Assembly: GCA_963826115.1 (NCBI GenBank)
Contig: CAWGVS010000005.1
Location: 1,856,001 to 1,920,000 of the forward strand
Source: an uncultured Candidatus Rokubacteria bacterium
GTDB lineage: Bacteria; Methylomirabilota; Methylomirabilia; Rokubacteriales; DASRDR01
Direction: 5' to 3'
DNA length: 64,000 bases
This document shows positions 49,050 to 58,018 of this stretch, piece by piece. Position 1 is the first letter of the stretch; each line of letters starts with the position of its first letter. Made by a program: the position numbers and the translations under genes. The notes beneath the pieces are model-generated. The model worked only from the letters and a program-made list of their open reading frames with translations. It did no database searches and was not told the DNA's origin.

Positions 49050-50378
49050 TCAGGCGCGGCCGGGGCGCGTGAGCTCCCGGAGGTCCTCGATCTCGTCGAC
49101 GCGGCCGAGCGCGTCGCGGAGACGCCGGGTCTCGGCCGCGCCCATCCGGGGCCCGACGAGGGCCTCGAACTTCGCGCCGAGCTCGCGCCGGAGTCGCTCC
49201 GGATCTCGGCCGAGCCGGAGGTCCCCGACCCGCTCCCGGACCGACCCGTCGCGGAGCCGCACGACGGCCCGCGCGCGGGACTCGTCGAGCTCGGCCTGGG
49301 GCGAGAGGCGCACGCGCTCCGCCAGCGCCCGCGTCGCGAGATCCCGGACCGCCTCGGCGGTGAAGTGCTCCTCGACGACGCGGCCGCGGAGGAGCGCGCT
49401 CGCGGCGCAGTAGGTCATGCTGAACTTGCCGCCGAGGCCCGTCTCGGGACGGCGCTGGTCGGCCACCAGGAGGGTCGTGCGGCAGACATCGAGGTCCACG
49501 CTCTCGATCGCCGCGGGGTCGACCTCCGTGCGGAGATCGAGGAGCGCCGTGAGAGCCGCGTGCGTCGCGAAGCAGCACGGGAAGCGCTTGAAGAACACCT
49601 CGTTCACGGCCCAGTCGCGGCCGAGCCCCTCGGCCAGGCGGGCGGGCGCCCAGTCCGGCGACAGCCGCCGCGCCCAGGTGTCGCGGTCGAGCACGCCCGC
49701 CGGGCCCGTCACGCCGCGCGCGGCAAGCATCGCGGCCAGGAGCCCGTCCGCCGCCGCGCGACCGACCTGGAACGGCTTCCCCATCGTGCCGAACGACTCG
49801 TGAATCCCGCCGAGCTGGGCGGCCGCCAGCCCGACTGCGCGATCGATCCCCGCCGCGTCCAGGCCCAGGAGCCGCCCGCACGCCGCCGCACCCCCGAGCC
49901 TGCCCAGGGTCGCCGTGGCGTGCCAGCCGGCACGGTAGTGCCCCGGCGCGAGCGCGCGCGAGATCCGGCACATCACCTCGACGCCCAGCACGAACGCGGC
50001 GAGGACGTCGCGACCCTCCGCCCCCGTCGTCTCCCCGAGCGCGAGGAGCCCCGGCAGGAGCGGCGCCGTCACGTGACCCGGCAACGCGAGCACGGTGTCG
50101 TCGTAGTCGAGCGCGTGCGACGCGGTCCCGTTCCAGAGGGCCGCGGTCACCGGCGAGGCCGTGCGGTCCGTCCCCAGGACCGACGCCGGGCCGGCCGGCT
50201 CCGGCACGGCCTCGCGGAGCAGCTGGGCGACCGGCTCGTCGACGCCGCCCACCGTGACGCCCCACCAGTCGAGCACGGCCAGGCGGCCCATCTCGACCGC
50301 CGCCTTCGGCAGCGCCTCGAAGGGCGTCTCCGCCACCAGGGCGAGCAGCTCGGCCCCCGGAGTCCTCGCGCCGCTCAT
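49050..50378 (-). CDS. MmgE/PrpD family protein
   Basis: NGTASHALDYDD, GHVTAP, GWHATATLG, FGTMGKP, KRFPCCFATH, KFSMTY. Confidence 0.93.
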   Translation of the reverse strand: MSGARTPGAELLALVAETPFEALPKAAVEMGRLAVLDWWGVTVGGVDEPVAQLLREAVPEPAGPASVLGTDRTASPVTAALWNGTASHALDYDDTVLALPGHVTAPLLPGLLALGETTGAEGRDVLAAFVLGVEVMCRISRALAPGHYRAGWHATATLGRLGGAAACGRLLGLDAAGIDRAVGLAAAQLGGIHESFGTMGKPFQVGRAAADGLLAAMLAARGVTGPAGVLDRDTWARRLSPDWAPARLAEGLGRDWAVNEVFFKRFPCCFATHAALTALLDLRTEVDPAAIESVDLDVCRTTLLVADQRRPETGLGGKFSMTYCAASALLRGRVVEEHFTAEAVRDLATRALAERVRLSPQAELDESRARAVVRLRDGSVRERVGDLRLGRDPERLRRELGAKFEALVGPRMGAAETRRLRDALGRVDEIEDLRELTRPGRA

Positions 50379-50944
50379 GATCCGCCTCCCGTCCGCGAGA
50401 AGAACGCCTCGGCCCGCCGGGCGATCTCGCGCGCCGACAGGTCTTCCTTGTGCGTGGCCAGCCCCCATTCGTGGCCGAACGGGTCGGCAACCTTGGCGTA
50501 GCGGTCCCCCCAGAACATGTCCGTTACCGGCATCCGGACCTCGGCGCCCGCCGCCACCGCGCGCCGGAACGCGCGGTCCACGTCCCGGACGTAGAGGTGC
50601 AGCGTGCCGGTCGCTCCGCCGAGTGTCTGCGGGGCGCGGCAGCCCATGTCCGGGAACTCGTCGGCCAGGAACACGATCGAGTCTCCGATCTGCAGCTCCG
50701 CGTGCATGATCGTCTTGCCGTCCGGGAGCGGCATGCGCCCGCGCTCGCGGGCGCCGAAGGCGCGGCGGTAGAACTCGATCGCGTCGGCCGCTCCGCGTAC
50801 GGTCAGGTGGGGCGTGACGGTGTGGTAGCCCCGCGGGATCGCCGCCGCACGACCGACCGCCCGCGCCGCGTGGCGCCGCCTGCGGCGCTCGGGTCCGACG
50901 ACCTTCGCCCGCGCGGTCGCCTTCCTGCTGGCCGCCTTCCTCAT
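50375..50944 (-). CDS. VOC/glyoxalase (PhnB-like) protein with a basic N-terminal extension
   Basis: PRGYHTVTPHL, AIEFY..AFGA.E, IMHAEL.IG, DMFWGDRY..V.DPFGH.W. Confidence 0.92.
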   Translation of the reverse strand: MRKAASRKATARAKVVGPERRRRRHAARAVGRAAAIPRGYHTVTPHLTVRGAADAIEFYRRAFGARERGRMPLPDGKTIMHAELQIGDSIVFLADEFPDMGCRAPQTLGGATGTLHLYVRDVDRAFRRAVAAGAEVRMPVTDMFWGDRYAKVADPFGHEWGLATHKEDLSAREIARRAEAFFSRTGGGS

Positions 50945-52224
50945 GGCGCTCCCGTCCTTTCTCGCCGGTCCACCACCCGGACCGACTTGCCGGTGGGCCG
51001 CGGGATCTCCCCGGGGGCCATCGGCCGGATCTCCGGCGTGAGACTGAGCCGATCTCTCAGCTCGCGCAAGAGGCGGGTCTCCGCGGCCGGGTCGAACGCG
51101 GGGCCGGCCTCGACGCACAGGACCAGATGGTCGCCGCGCTGGGCGTCCCGGTCCAGCACGATCTGGTACTCGTGGTCGAGCCCCGGTTGGCGGAGGAGAA
51201 TCTGCTCGACCTGGCTCGGATAGAAGTTCACGCCCTTGAAGATGACCATGTCGTCCGTGCGGCCGTGGAAGCGGTCCAGGCGGACGCCGGTGCGTCCGCA
51301 CGCGCACCGCTCCCGCGACCGGATGCGCGTGACGTCCCGCGTCCGGTAGCGGACCAGCGGCAGCCCCTGCCGCGTGAGCGTGGTCACGACCAGCTCGCCC
51401 CGCTCGGCGTCGGGCAGCACCCGGCCGGTCGCGGGATCGATGATCTCCGGGAGGTAGTGGTCGTCCCACACGTGGATGCCGTCGCGCGCCTCGCACTCGA
51501 TCCCCATGCCGGGGCCGCCCGTCTCCGTCATGCCAATGAGGTCGTGGGTCCGGACGCCCATCTCCGTCTCGATCCGGGCCCTGAGCGCATCGGACCACGG
51601 CTCGGATCCGAGGAGGGCGACGCGCAGCCGGGTCGACCGGAAGTCGAACCCTTCCTCGCGCGCCACCTCGATCATGCGCAAGGGGTACGTCGCGATCGCC
51701 GCGAGCGCGGTCGCCCCGAGGTCCCGCAGGAGCTGGAGCTGGAGGAGCGTCCGGCCGGCCCCGACCGGGATCACCATGGCGCCGAGCGCCTCGGCCCCGA
51801 AGTGGAAGCCGAAGCCGCCCGTGAACAGGCCGAACGACGCGGTTACCAGCAGCACGTCCCGCGCCGTGACCCCGGCCACCGCGAGCGAGCGCGCCATGAC
51901 CTCGCGCCACTGGTCGATGTCGGCGGCGGTGTACGGGTTGACGACCGGCGAGCCCGTCGTCCCGGACGACATCTGTATCCGGCGGATCGGCTCGGGCCCG
52001 TGACAGGCCATCTCGAACGGATACCCGTCGCGGAGCCGCTCCTTCGTCAGGAAGGGCAGCCGCCGGAGATCGTCGAGCGAGGTCAGATCGCCCGGGGCGA
52101 CCGCGCCGAGGTGCCGCCGGTAGGCCGGATTCCGGGCGACGCGACCAAGCGTGTCCCGGAGCCGCTCGAGCTGGAGGGCATCGAGCGCCGCCCGATCGCG
52201 CGTCTCCTCGGTCGGCTGGAACAT
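50941..52224 (-). CDS. Phenylacetate--CoA ligase family (PaaK-like) adenylate-forming enzyme
   Basis: LPFLTK, SSGTTGSP, GLFTGGFG, GSEPWS, GMTETGGPG, RYRTRD, GRTDDMVIFKGVN.YPSQVE. Confidence 0.93.
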   Translation of the reverse strand: MFQPTEETRDRAALDALQLERLRDTLGRVARNPAYRRHLGAVAPGDLTSLDDLRRLPFLTKERLRDGYPFEMACHGPEPIRRIQMSSGTTGSPVVNPYTAADIDQWREVMARSLAVAGVTARDVLLVTASFGLFTGGFGFHFGAEALGAMVIPVGAGRTLLQLQLLRDLGATALAAIATYPLRMIEVAREEGFDFRSTRLRVALLGSEPWSDALRARIETEMGVRTHDLIGMTETGGPGMGIECEARDGIHVWDDHYLPEIIDPATGRVLPDAERGELVVTTLTRQGLPLVRYRTRDVTRIRSRERCACGRTGVRLDRFHGRTDDMVIFKGVNFYPSQVEQILLRQPGLDHEYQIVLDRDAQRGDHLVLCVEAGPAFDPAAETRLLRELRDRLSLTPEIRPMAPGEIPRPTGKSVRVVDRRERTGAP

Positions 52225-52237
52225 GACGGCGGCCCGG

Positions 52238-52348
52238 TCAGGCCCCGAGCGTCCGGCGAGCGAGCCGGCGTCGTCGCGGCCGGGCCAACGCCGGCAGGCC
52301 CGGTCCGGCCGCCGTCACCGCCTCGACACCCACGCGAGAGCGGTCCAT
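52238..52348 (-). CDS. Putative 36-aa leader ORF upstream of the PaaK-like gene
   Basis: Strong SD GGAGGAGG before ATG 52348; TACAAT -10 at 52416-52411; peptide MDRSRVGVEAVTAAGPGLPALARPRRRRLARRTLGA. Confidence 0.4.
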   Translation of the reverse strand: MDRSRVGVEAVTAAGPGLPALARPRRRRLARRTLGA

Positions 52349-52533
52349 TCGGTCTGCCTCCTCCGGCGCCCGGCCGACGACCACCCGCGGGATCGGCCAG
52401 GAAGGGGCCCATTGTATGTCAGGAGATCGCGGCGCCGCCCGGAGGGCCCGGAATCCCGGCGCAGCCCGGACGCGTCCAATAGGCGGCGTCAGGAACCGGC
52501 CCGTGGTGGGCCGGCCATCGCCGGGAGGATCCG

Positions 52534-52872
52534 ATGACGAACGCAACTTCCGAGTCCGCGACGCTCCGGCTCACGGAGCGCAACTTTGCCGAGATCGTCG
52601 CGGCCACGCCGCTGCTCCTCGTGGACTTCTGGGCTCCGTGGTGCGGGCCTTGCCGCGCGGTCGCCCCGACCCTCGAGGAGATCGCCCGCGCCGAGGCGGG
52701 GCGCGTCGTGGTGGCGAAGGTGAACGTGGACGAGGAGCCGACCCTCGCGCAGCGCTACCAGGTGCAGGCCATCCCGACCCTGATGTTCTTCAAGGATGGC
52801 CAGGTCGTCGACACGCTGGTGGGAGCGCCGCCGAAGGCCGACCTCGCCCGCCGCGTCGCCGCCCTCGTCTAG
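52534..52872 (+). CDS. trxA: Thioredoxin
   Basis: VDFWAPWCGPC, KVNVDE, IPTL. Confidence 0.95.
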   Translation: MTNATSESATLRLTERNFAEIVAATPLLLVDFWAPWCGPCRAVAPTLEEIARAEAGRVVVAKVNVDEEPTLAQRYQVQAIPTLMFFKDGQVVDTLVGAPPKADLARRVAALV

Positions 52873-52995
52873 CCCGGAGGGCCGGATCCCGGGCCTCGCG
52901 GGTCCGGCCGGCTCTCCGTCCCGCATCGCCGCCGGGCCGCGCCTTGCGGCCGGCGCCGGCCGCGCCGTATCCTCGGCTCCGGAGGGAACGGAGAC

Positions 52996-54261
52996 GTGAG
53001 GGTGCTGGTGCTGGGCGGTGGCATCGCGGGCGTCACGGCCGCGTACTTCCTCGCGAAGGACGGCCACGAGGTCACCCTCCTCGAGGAGCAAGAGGGTGTC
53101 GGCCGCGACGCGAGTGCCGCCAACGCCGGCATCATCGCTCCCGGCCACTCGTTCGCGTGGGCCTCCCCCAAGGCCCCCGGCATGCTCGTCCGGTCGCTCT
53201 TCGGCCACGAGACCGCCATCCGCGTCCGTCCTCGACTCGATCCCGCGCTGATCGCCTGGGGGATCCGCTTCCTCCGCGAGTGCACGGCGACGCGCGCCCG
53301 CCGGAACACGCTCGTGAAGCTCCGTCTGTGCCAGTACAGCCAGGCCGTGATGACGGACCTCGTGGGCGCCGAGGGCATCGAGTACCACGCGGTGAGCCGC
53401 GGCGCCCTCTACCTCTTCCGAGACCCGCGGGAGCTCGAGGCCGGCGCGCGGAAGATGGCCCTCCTCGCCGAGCACGGGCAGCGCCAGGAGGTCCTCGACC
53501 CGGCGCAGGTCGCGCGGCTCGATCCCGCCTTCGAGCCGGTCCGCGACAAGATCGCGGGCGCCGTGCGGGACCTCGGCGACACCAGCGGGGACTCGCAGCT
53601 GTTCACGGAGAACCTGGCCCGGATCTGCCGCGACAAGCTGGGGGTCACCGTGCGGCTCGGCGTGCGCGTCACGGGACTGCAGGCCGAGGGCGACCACGTC
53701 ACCGCAGCCGTCACCACGGCCGGCGTGTTCGCGGCCGACGCGTACGTCCTGGCGCTCGGGGTCGGGGCCCCGCTCGTCGCGCGCACCATCGGCGTGCGGC
53801 TCGGGATCTATCCGGCGAAGGGATACTCGTCCACGTTTCCCGTTCGCGCGGACGGCCTGGCGCCGACGGTCCCTGGGGTCGACGAGCAGTGGCTCGTGGG
53901 CTGGTCGCGGCAGGGCGACCGCCTCCGGCTCACGTCGACCGCCGAGTTCGCGGGCTACGACCGGAGCCACACGCCGCGCGACTTCAACAACATCCTGCGG
54001 CTCGCGCGGGACCTCTTCCCCGACGCCGCGGACTGGACGCGCGGCCAGTACCGGGCGTGTCTCCGGCCCATGACTCCTGACGGTCCGCCCGTGCTGGGGC
54101 GGGGACGGCACCGGAACCTCTACTTCAACGCCGGCCACGGACACATGGGCTGGACGATGGCGTTCGGCACCGCGCGGATCGTGACGGACCTGATCGCGGG
54201 ACGGACACCGGATCACGATCCGGCCGGACTCGGGCCGCGGCCGGTCGCCGGGGGACTCTGA
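52996..54261 (+). CDS. D-amino acid dehydrogenase (DadA-like FAD oxidoreductase)
   Basis: VLGGGIAG, SAANAG, IYPAKGYS, CLRPMTPDG.P, NAGHGHMGWTMA.G. Confidence 0.9.
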   Translation: MRVLVLGGGIAGVTAAYFLAKDGHEVTLLEEQEGVGRDASAANAGIIAPGHSFAWASPKAPGMLVRSLFGHETAIRVRPRLDPALIAWGIRFLRECTATRARRNTLVKLRLCQYSQAVMTDLVGAEGIEYHAVSRGALYLFRDPRELEAGARKMALLAEHGQRQEVLDPAQVARLDPAFEPVRDKIAGAVRDLGDTSGDSQLFTENLARICRDKLGVTVRLGVRVTGLQAEGDHVTAAVTTAGVFAADAYVLALGVGAPLVARTIGVRLGIYPAKGYSSTFPVRADGLAPTVPGVDEQWLVGWSRQGDRLRLTSTAEFAGYDRSHTPRDFNNILRLARDLFPDAADWTRGQYRACLRPMTPDGPPVLGRGRHRNLYFNAGHGHMGWTMAFGTARIVTDLIAGRTPDHDPAGLGPRPVAGGL

Positions 54262-54302
54262 GGCGCGGCGGCAGCGCCGCTGCCGCGATCAGCTCTCGTC
54301 CG

Positions 54303-56498
54303 ATGGCGCCGGACTCGCCGGACCGGGCGCCTCGATTCCGGCTCGGCGGCGCGATGGTCGTGGCCGTCCTCCTCGCGCTCTGCCTGCGCCTCTACTTCGT
54401 CTTGACCCCTCACGGCGTGCTCGACGCCGACGAGGCGATCGTCGGCCTCATGGGGCGCCACATCCTCCAGGGTGAGTTCCCGACCTTCTACTACGGTCAG
54501 CGGTACATGGGCGCGCTCGAGCCCTCGCTCGCCGCCCTGGGCTTCGCCATCGGCGGCGCGACCCCGGTCGTGCTCAAGCTCGTCTGCCTGGTGACCTCGC
54601 TCCTTCTCATCGGGCTCACGATGGAGCTCGGGCGACGCGCCCTCGGGACCGGCCCCGCGGTCATGGCCGGACTCCTGGCGGCGCTGCCGTCGCTCTTCGT
54701 GACCGTGTGGAGCGTCAAGGCCCGCGGTGGATTCGTCGAGACGCTCGTCCTCGGCATGGTCGCCCTCCTGCTCGCGCATCGCACCGTGCGTGGCGCCGCC
54801 ATCGGCCGCCGCCGCGCCGCCCTGGTCCTCGGTCTCGTCGGGGGTCTCGCGTGGTGGACGTGCCAGCTGGTCGTGTCCTTCCTGGCGGCGGCGGGGATCC
54901 TGATCCTCCGCGGCGCCGGATGGCGCGGCGCGCTCCGCATCGCGCCGGCCACGGCGACGGGCTTCGCCCTCGGCGGCCTCCCGATGTGGCTCGTCGGCCT
55001 GTTCGGCGACCTCGGCCTGGCGTCGATGTGGGAAGCGGCCTCGCCGGTCACGGCGGCCGCGCAGCTCGGGAACGTCCTGACGATCGGGCTGCCCGGCCTC
55101 CTCGGGCCCGCGGGGACGTGGCCCGCGGCCCCCGCGATCGGAGGGCTCACGGCGCCGCTGCTCACGCTCTACGCGGTGGCCTGGCTCTCGCTCGCGTGGA
55201 CCCGCATGCAGACGTGGCGGCGCGGCCAGCCGGGGGCAGCCGGCGCCGCCGGCGCGGCCCTGGAGGCGATCCTCGCCCTCCCGCTCTTCACCATCCTCGC
55301 GTGTGCGCTGAGCAGCTTCGGATGGTTCGTGTCGGAGCCGCGCTACCTCCTGCCGGTCGCGACGGCGATGCCTCTCGTGGTCGCCGCCTGGCTCGCGGGG
55401 CTGTGGCAGCTGGGCTGGCGACCCGCGGCCGCCGTCCTCGGTGCAGCGGTCCTCGCCGCGAACCTCGCGGGACACCTCCTCGCGCCCTGGACCGCGGCGC
55501 GCGAGGCGCCGGCCTCGCTGGCGGACGCCGTGGCGTTCTTCGAGACCCACCGGATCCCCGTCGTGGCGACGACTTACTGGATCGCGTCGAGGCTCTCGTT
55601 CGAGAGCGGCGAGCGGGTCATCGGCGTCGCGCTACGGGACGCGCCCGATCGCTACCCGCCCTACTCCGCGCGGGCCCGCCGCGAGGGCCGGCTCGCCTAC
55701 GCCTTCTTTCCTGGAACCGCCGATATCGGCGCCGTCGACCAAAAGCTCGCCGCCCTCGGCATGCGGCACGCCCGGACCCCGGTCTCGGAGCTGGTCGTGC
55801 TCCACGACCTCCGCCTACCCGGACTGGACGCGCCGCCGCCGGGGCTCTTGTTCGAAGCGCTCGAGCGCCTGCCGGTCCCGGACGCGCGGCTCAGGATCGC
55901 CGCGGCGTACGAGGCCGCCGGCCTGTCCGCGCAGGCCATCGCTCACCTCGAGGCCGTTCTCGACTCCGACTTCACGGCCGGGGCCGCGGGGTTCGACCGC
56001 CTCCTGACGCTCTACCGGTCGAGCGGCCAGTCGCGCAAGGCGATCGCGCTCGCGACGCGCCGGGCCGCGCTCTTCACCCCGGCCGTGGCCCGCGAGGTGA
56101 GCTTCGGCGAGGTCGTGCGGCTGATCGGTTACACCCTGAGCGCATCGACCGTACGCGCCGGCGACCGTCTGCGGCTCGTCTGCTTCTGGTCGACGCGCCG
56201 CAACCTGCCGATCGACCTCTACCTCGGCGTCCAGCTGACCGGCGACGGGGACGCGCGTCATGCGGCGACCTTCGGCCCGATCACCGGCGCCTACGGCTCG
56301 ACGTCCTGGTATCCGGACGAGGTGACCCGCGGGAGCCACGAGATCCCGATCCCCCGGGACTTGGCTCCCGGGCGGTATGCTCTCCGGCTCCGCCTGTGGG
56401 AGCCGGAAGAGGTGGAGCCCGACCTACGGCCGCGGGTGTCAGGCACGAGCAGCCGGTGGCTCACTCTGACGGAGATCGACGTCGCGCCGGCGCCCTGA
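54303..56498 (+). CDS. GT-C fold membrane glycosyltransferase (PMT/ArnT-like) with a C-terminal soluble domain
   Basis: Acidic loop motif DADEA after the first TM helix, FYYGQRYMG, many TM helices, PRYLLP; C-terminal FG..VRLIGY...W.PDE...LAPGRY beta domain. Confidence 0.8.
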   Translation: MAPDSPDRAPRFRLGGAMVVAVLLALCLRLYFVLTPHGVLDADEAIVGLMGRHILQGEFPTFYYGQRYMGALEPSLAALGFAIGGATPVVLKLVCLVTSLLLIGLTMELGRRALGTGPAVMAGLLAALPSLFVTVWSVKARGGFVETLVLGMVALLLAHRTVRGAAIGRRRAALVLGLVGGLAWWTCQLVVSFLAAAGILILRGAGWRGALRIAPATATGFALGGLPMWLVGLFGDLGLASMWEAASPVTAAAQLGNVLTIGLPGLLGPAGTWPAAPAIGGLTAPLLTLYAVAWLSLAWTRMQTWRRGQPGAAGAAGAALEAILALPLFTILACALSSFGWFVSEPRYLLPVATAMPLVVAAWLAGLWQLGWRPAAAVLGAAVLAANLAGHLLAPWTAAREAPASLADAVAFFETHRIPVVATTYWIASRLSFESGERVIGVALRDAPDRYPPYSARARREGRLAYAFFPGTADIGAVDQKLAALGMRHARTPVSELVVLHDLRLPGLDAPPPGLLFEALERLPVPDARLRIAAAYEAAGLSAQAIAHLEAVLDSDFTAGAAGFDRLLTLYRSSGQSRKAIALATRRAALFTPAVAREVSFGEVVRLIGYTLSASTVRAGDRLRLVCFWSTRRNLPIDLYLGVQLTGDGDARHAATFGPITGAYGSTSWYPDEVTRGSHEIPIPRDLAPGRYALRLRLWEPEEVEPDLRPRVSGTSSRWLTLTEIDVAPAP

Positions 56499-56518
56499 CC
56501 GCCCCTCGGCAGTTTTGG

Positions 56519-56546
56519 TTGACACACAACACATGACGAGTACTAT
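56519..56546 (+). promoter_or_regulatory. sigma70 promoter, probably giving a leaderless transcript for the AlkB-family gene
   Basis: TTGACA, 16 nt spacer, TACTAT; ATG follows after 6 nt with no SD. Confidence 0.7.
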
Positions 56547-56552
56547 CGCCTC

Positions 56553-57170
56553 ATGTCCGCCCTCGCCGAGCAGGCCTGTCTCTTCGGCTCCGGGGCGCCC
56601 CGCCTCGACCCCGCGTTCGCCGGTCTCCGCCGGCTGACACTCGGCGCCGGCGCCTGGGTGGAGCACCTCCCCGGCTGGCTCGCGGGACACGACGCCGTCT
56701 TCGAGACCCTCCGTCAAACGACGCGCTGGGAGCATCACCGGCGGCGGATGTACGAGCGGATCGTCGACGTTCCGCGTCTCGTCGCGAGCCTGCCGGACGA
56801 CGGTCCGGGCCACCCCGTTCTCGAGGAGGCTGCGGCCGCGCTCTCCCGGCGCTACGGGCTCGACCTCACGAGCGTCTCGCTCGCCTACTACCGGGACGGC
56901 CGTGACAGCGTCGCCTGGCACGGCGACCGTCTGGGCCGGCTGGCCGACGACACGGTGGTCGCCATCCTCTCGCTCGGGGAGCCGCGCCGCTTCCTGCTGC
57001 GGCCCGCGGCGGGCGGCGCGTCCCGCGCGTTCGAGCTGGGCTGGGGCGATCTCCTCGTCATGGGCGGGGCCTGCCAGCGGACGTGGCAGCACGCCGTGCC
57101 CAAGGCAACCCGGGCCGGGCCGCGGATGAGCGTGCAGTTCCGGCCGATCGCGGTCGACGAGGAGGCGTGA
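56553..57170 (+). CDS. AlkB-family 2OG-Fe(II) dioxygenase
   Basis: YYRDGRDSVAWHGD (HxD), SLGEPRRF, GDLLVMGG..Q..WQHAVPK, RMSVQFR. Confidence 0.93.
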   Translation: MSALAEQACLFGSGAPRLDPAFAGLRRLTLGAGAWVEHLPGWLAGHDAVFETLRQTTRWEHHRRRMYERIVDVPRLVASLPDDGPGHPVLEEAAAALSRRYGLDLTSVSLAYYRDGRDSVAWHGDRLGRLADDTVVAILSLGEPRRFLLRPAAGGASRAFELGWGDLLVMGGACQRTWQHAVPKATRAGPRMSVQFRPIAVDEEA

Positions 57171-57189
57171 GCCGGAGCGGCGGCAGCCG

Positions 57190-57969
57190 TCAGCCGCCCG
57201 TGAACCGGGGCGCGCGCTTCGCGAGGAAGGCGTCCATCCCTTCCCGCGCGTCCGCCGTGCGGATGAGCTCCGCGACCGCGGCCGCCTCGATCGCCAGCCC
57301 CTCGTCGAGGGGGCGCCCGTAGCCCTGGTAGACGCAGCGCTTCAGGAGGCCGATCGCGCGCGTGGGGCCGGCCGCCAGGCGCTCCGCGACGTCGCGCGCG
57401 GTCTGGGGCAGGAGATCGGGGGGCACGACGTCGTCGACGAGGCCGACCGCGCGCGCCTCGTCCGCCGTGAGGCGGCGGCCCTCGATCATGAGCCGGAGGG
57501 CCCGGGCGGGCCCGATCAGGCGGGCGAGGCGCTGGGTCCCCCCGGCGCCCGGGAAGAACCCGAGCCGGATCTCCGGGAAGCCGATCTCCGCGCCCCGGGC
57601 CATCAGGCGGAAGTCGCATGCCAGCGCCAGCTCGGCGCCACCCCCGAGCGCGTAGCCGTTGATGGCGGCCACCACCGGCTTCTCCATGCCCTCGAAGGCC
57701 GCTTGCACCTCGACCCACCGGCGCGCGCGGCGCTGGTTCTCCGGAGACAGGTCGCGGAGCATCGTGATGTCCGCGCCGGCGCAGAACCGGCGCTCCCGGC
57801 CGGTCACGATCACGGCCCGGACGGCGCGGTCGGCGCCCACCTCGGCGACGACCCGCAGGAACTCGTCGATCACCGCGAGGTCGACGGCGTTCACCGGGGG
57901 CCGATCGAGGGTGACGATGGCGACGGCGCCGGCCCGCGTGACGGTGAGGTGGCGGATCGGATCGGTCAT
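57190..57969 (-). CDS. Enoyl-CoA hydratase/isomerase family protein
   Basis: FCAGADI, AAINGYALGGGAELALACD, PEIRLG..PGAGGTQRL; both catalytic Glu residues present. Confidence 0.94.
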   Translation of the reverse strand: MTDPIRHLTVTRAGAVAIVTLDRPPVNAVDLAVIDEFLRVVAEVGADRAVRAVIVTGRERRFCAGADITMLRDLSPENQRRARRWVEVQAAFEGMEKPVVAAINGYALGGGAELALACDFRLMARGAEIGFPEIRLGFFPGAGGTQRLARLIGPARALRLMIEGRRLTADEARAVGLVDDVVPPDLLPQTARDVAERLAAGPTRAIGLLKRCVYQGYGRPLDEGLAIEAAAVAELIRTADAREGMDAFLAKRAPRFTGG

Positions 57970-58018
57970 CCTCGTGCCTCCCCGCCGGTGCGGGCGACGC
58001 GCCGCCGAGCTTCGGGCG

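Noticed and set aside
50840-50944. Lys/Arg-rich N-terminal extension on the VOC protein
   Set aside because: Basic low-complexity leaders also appear on other genes here (for example purM) and are not specific evidence of a new function.
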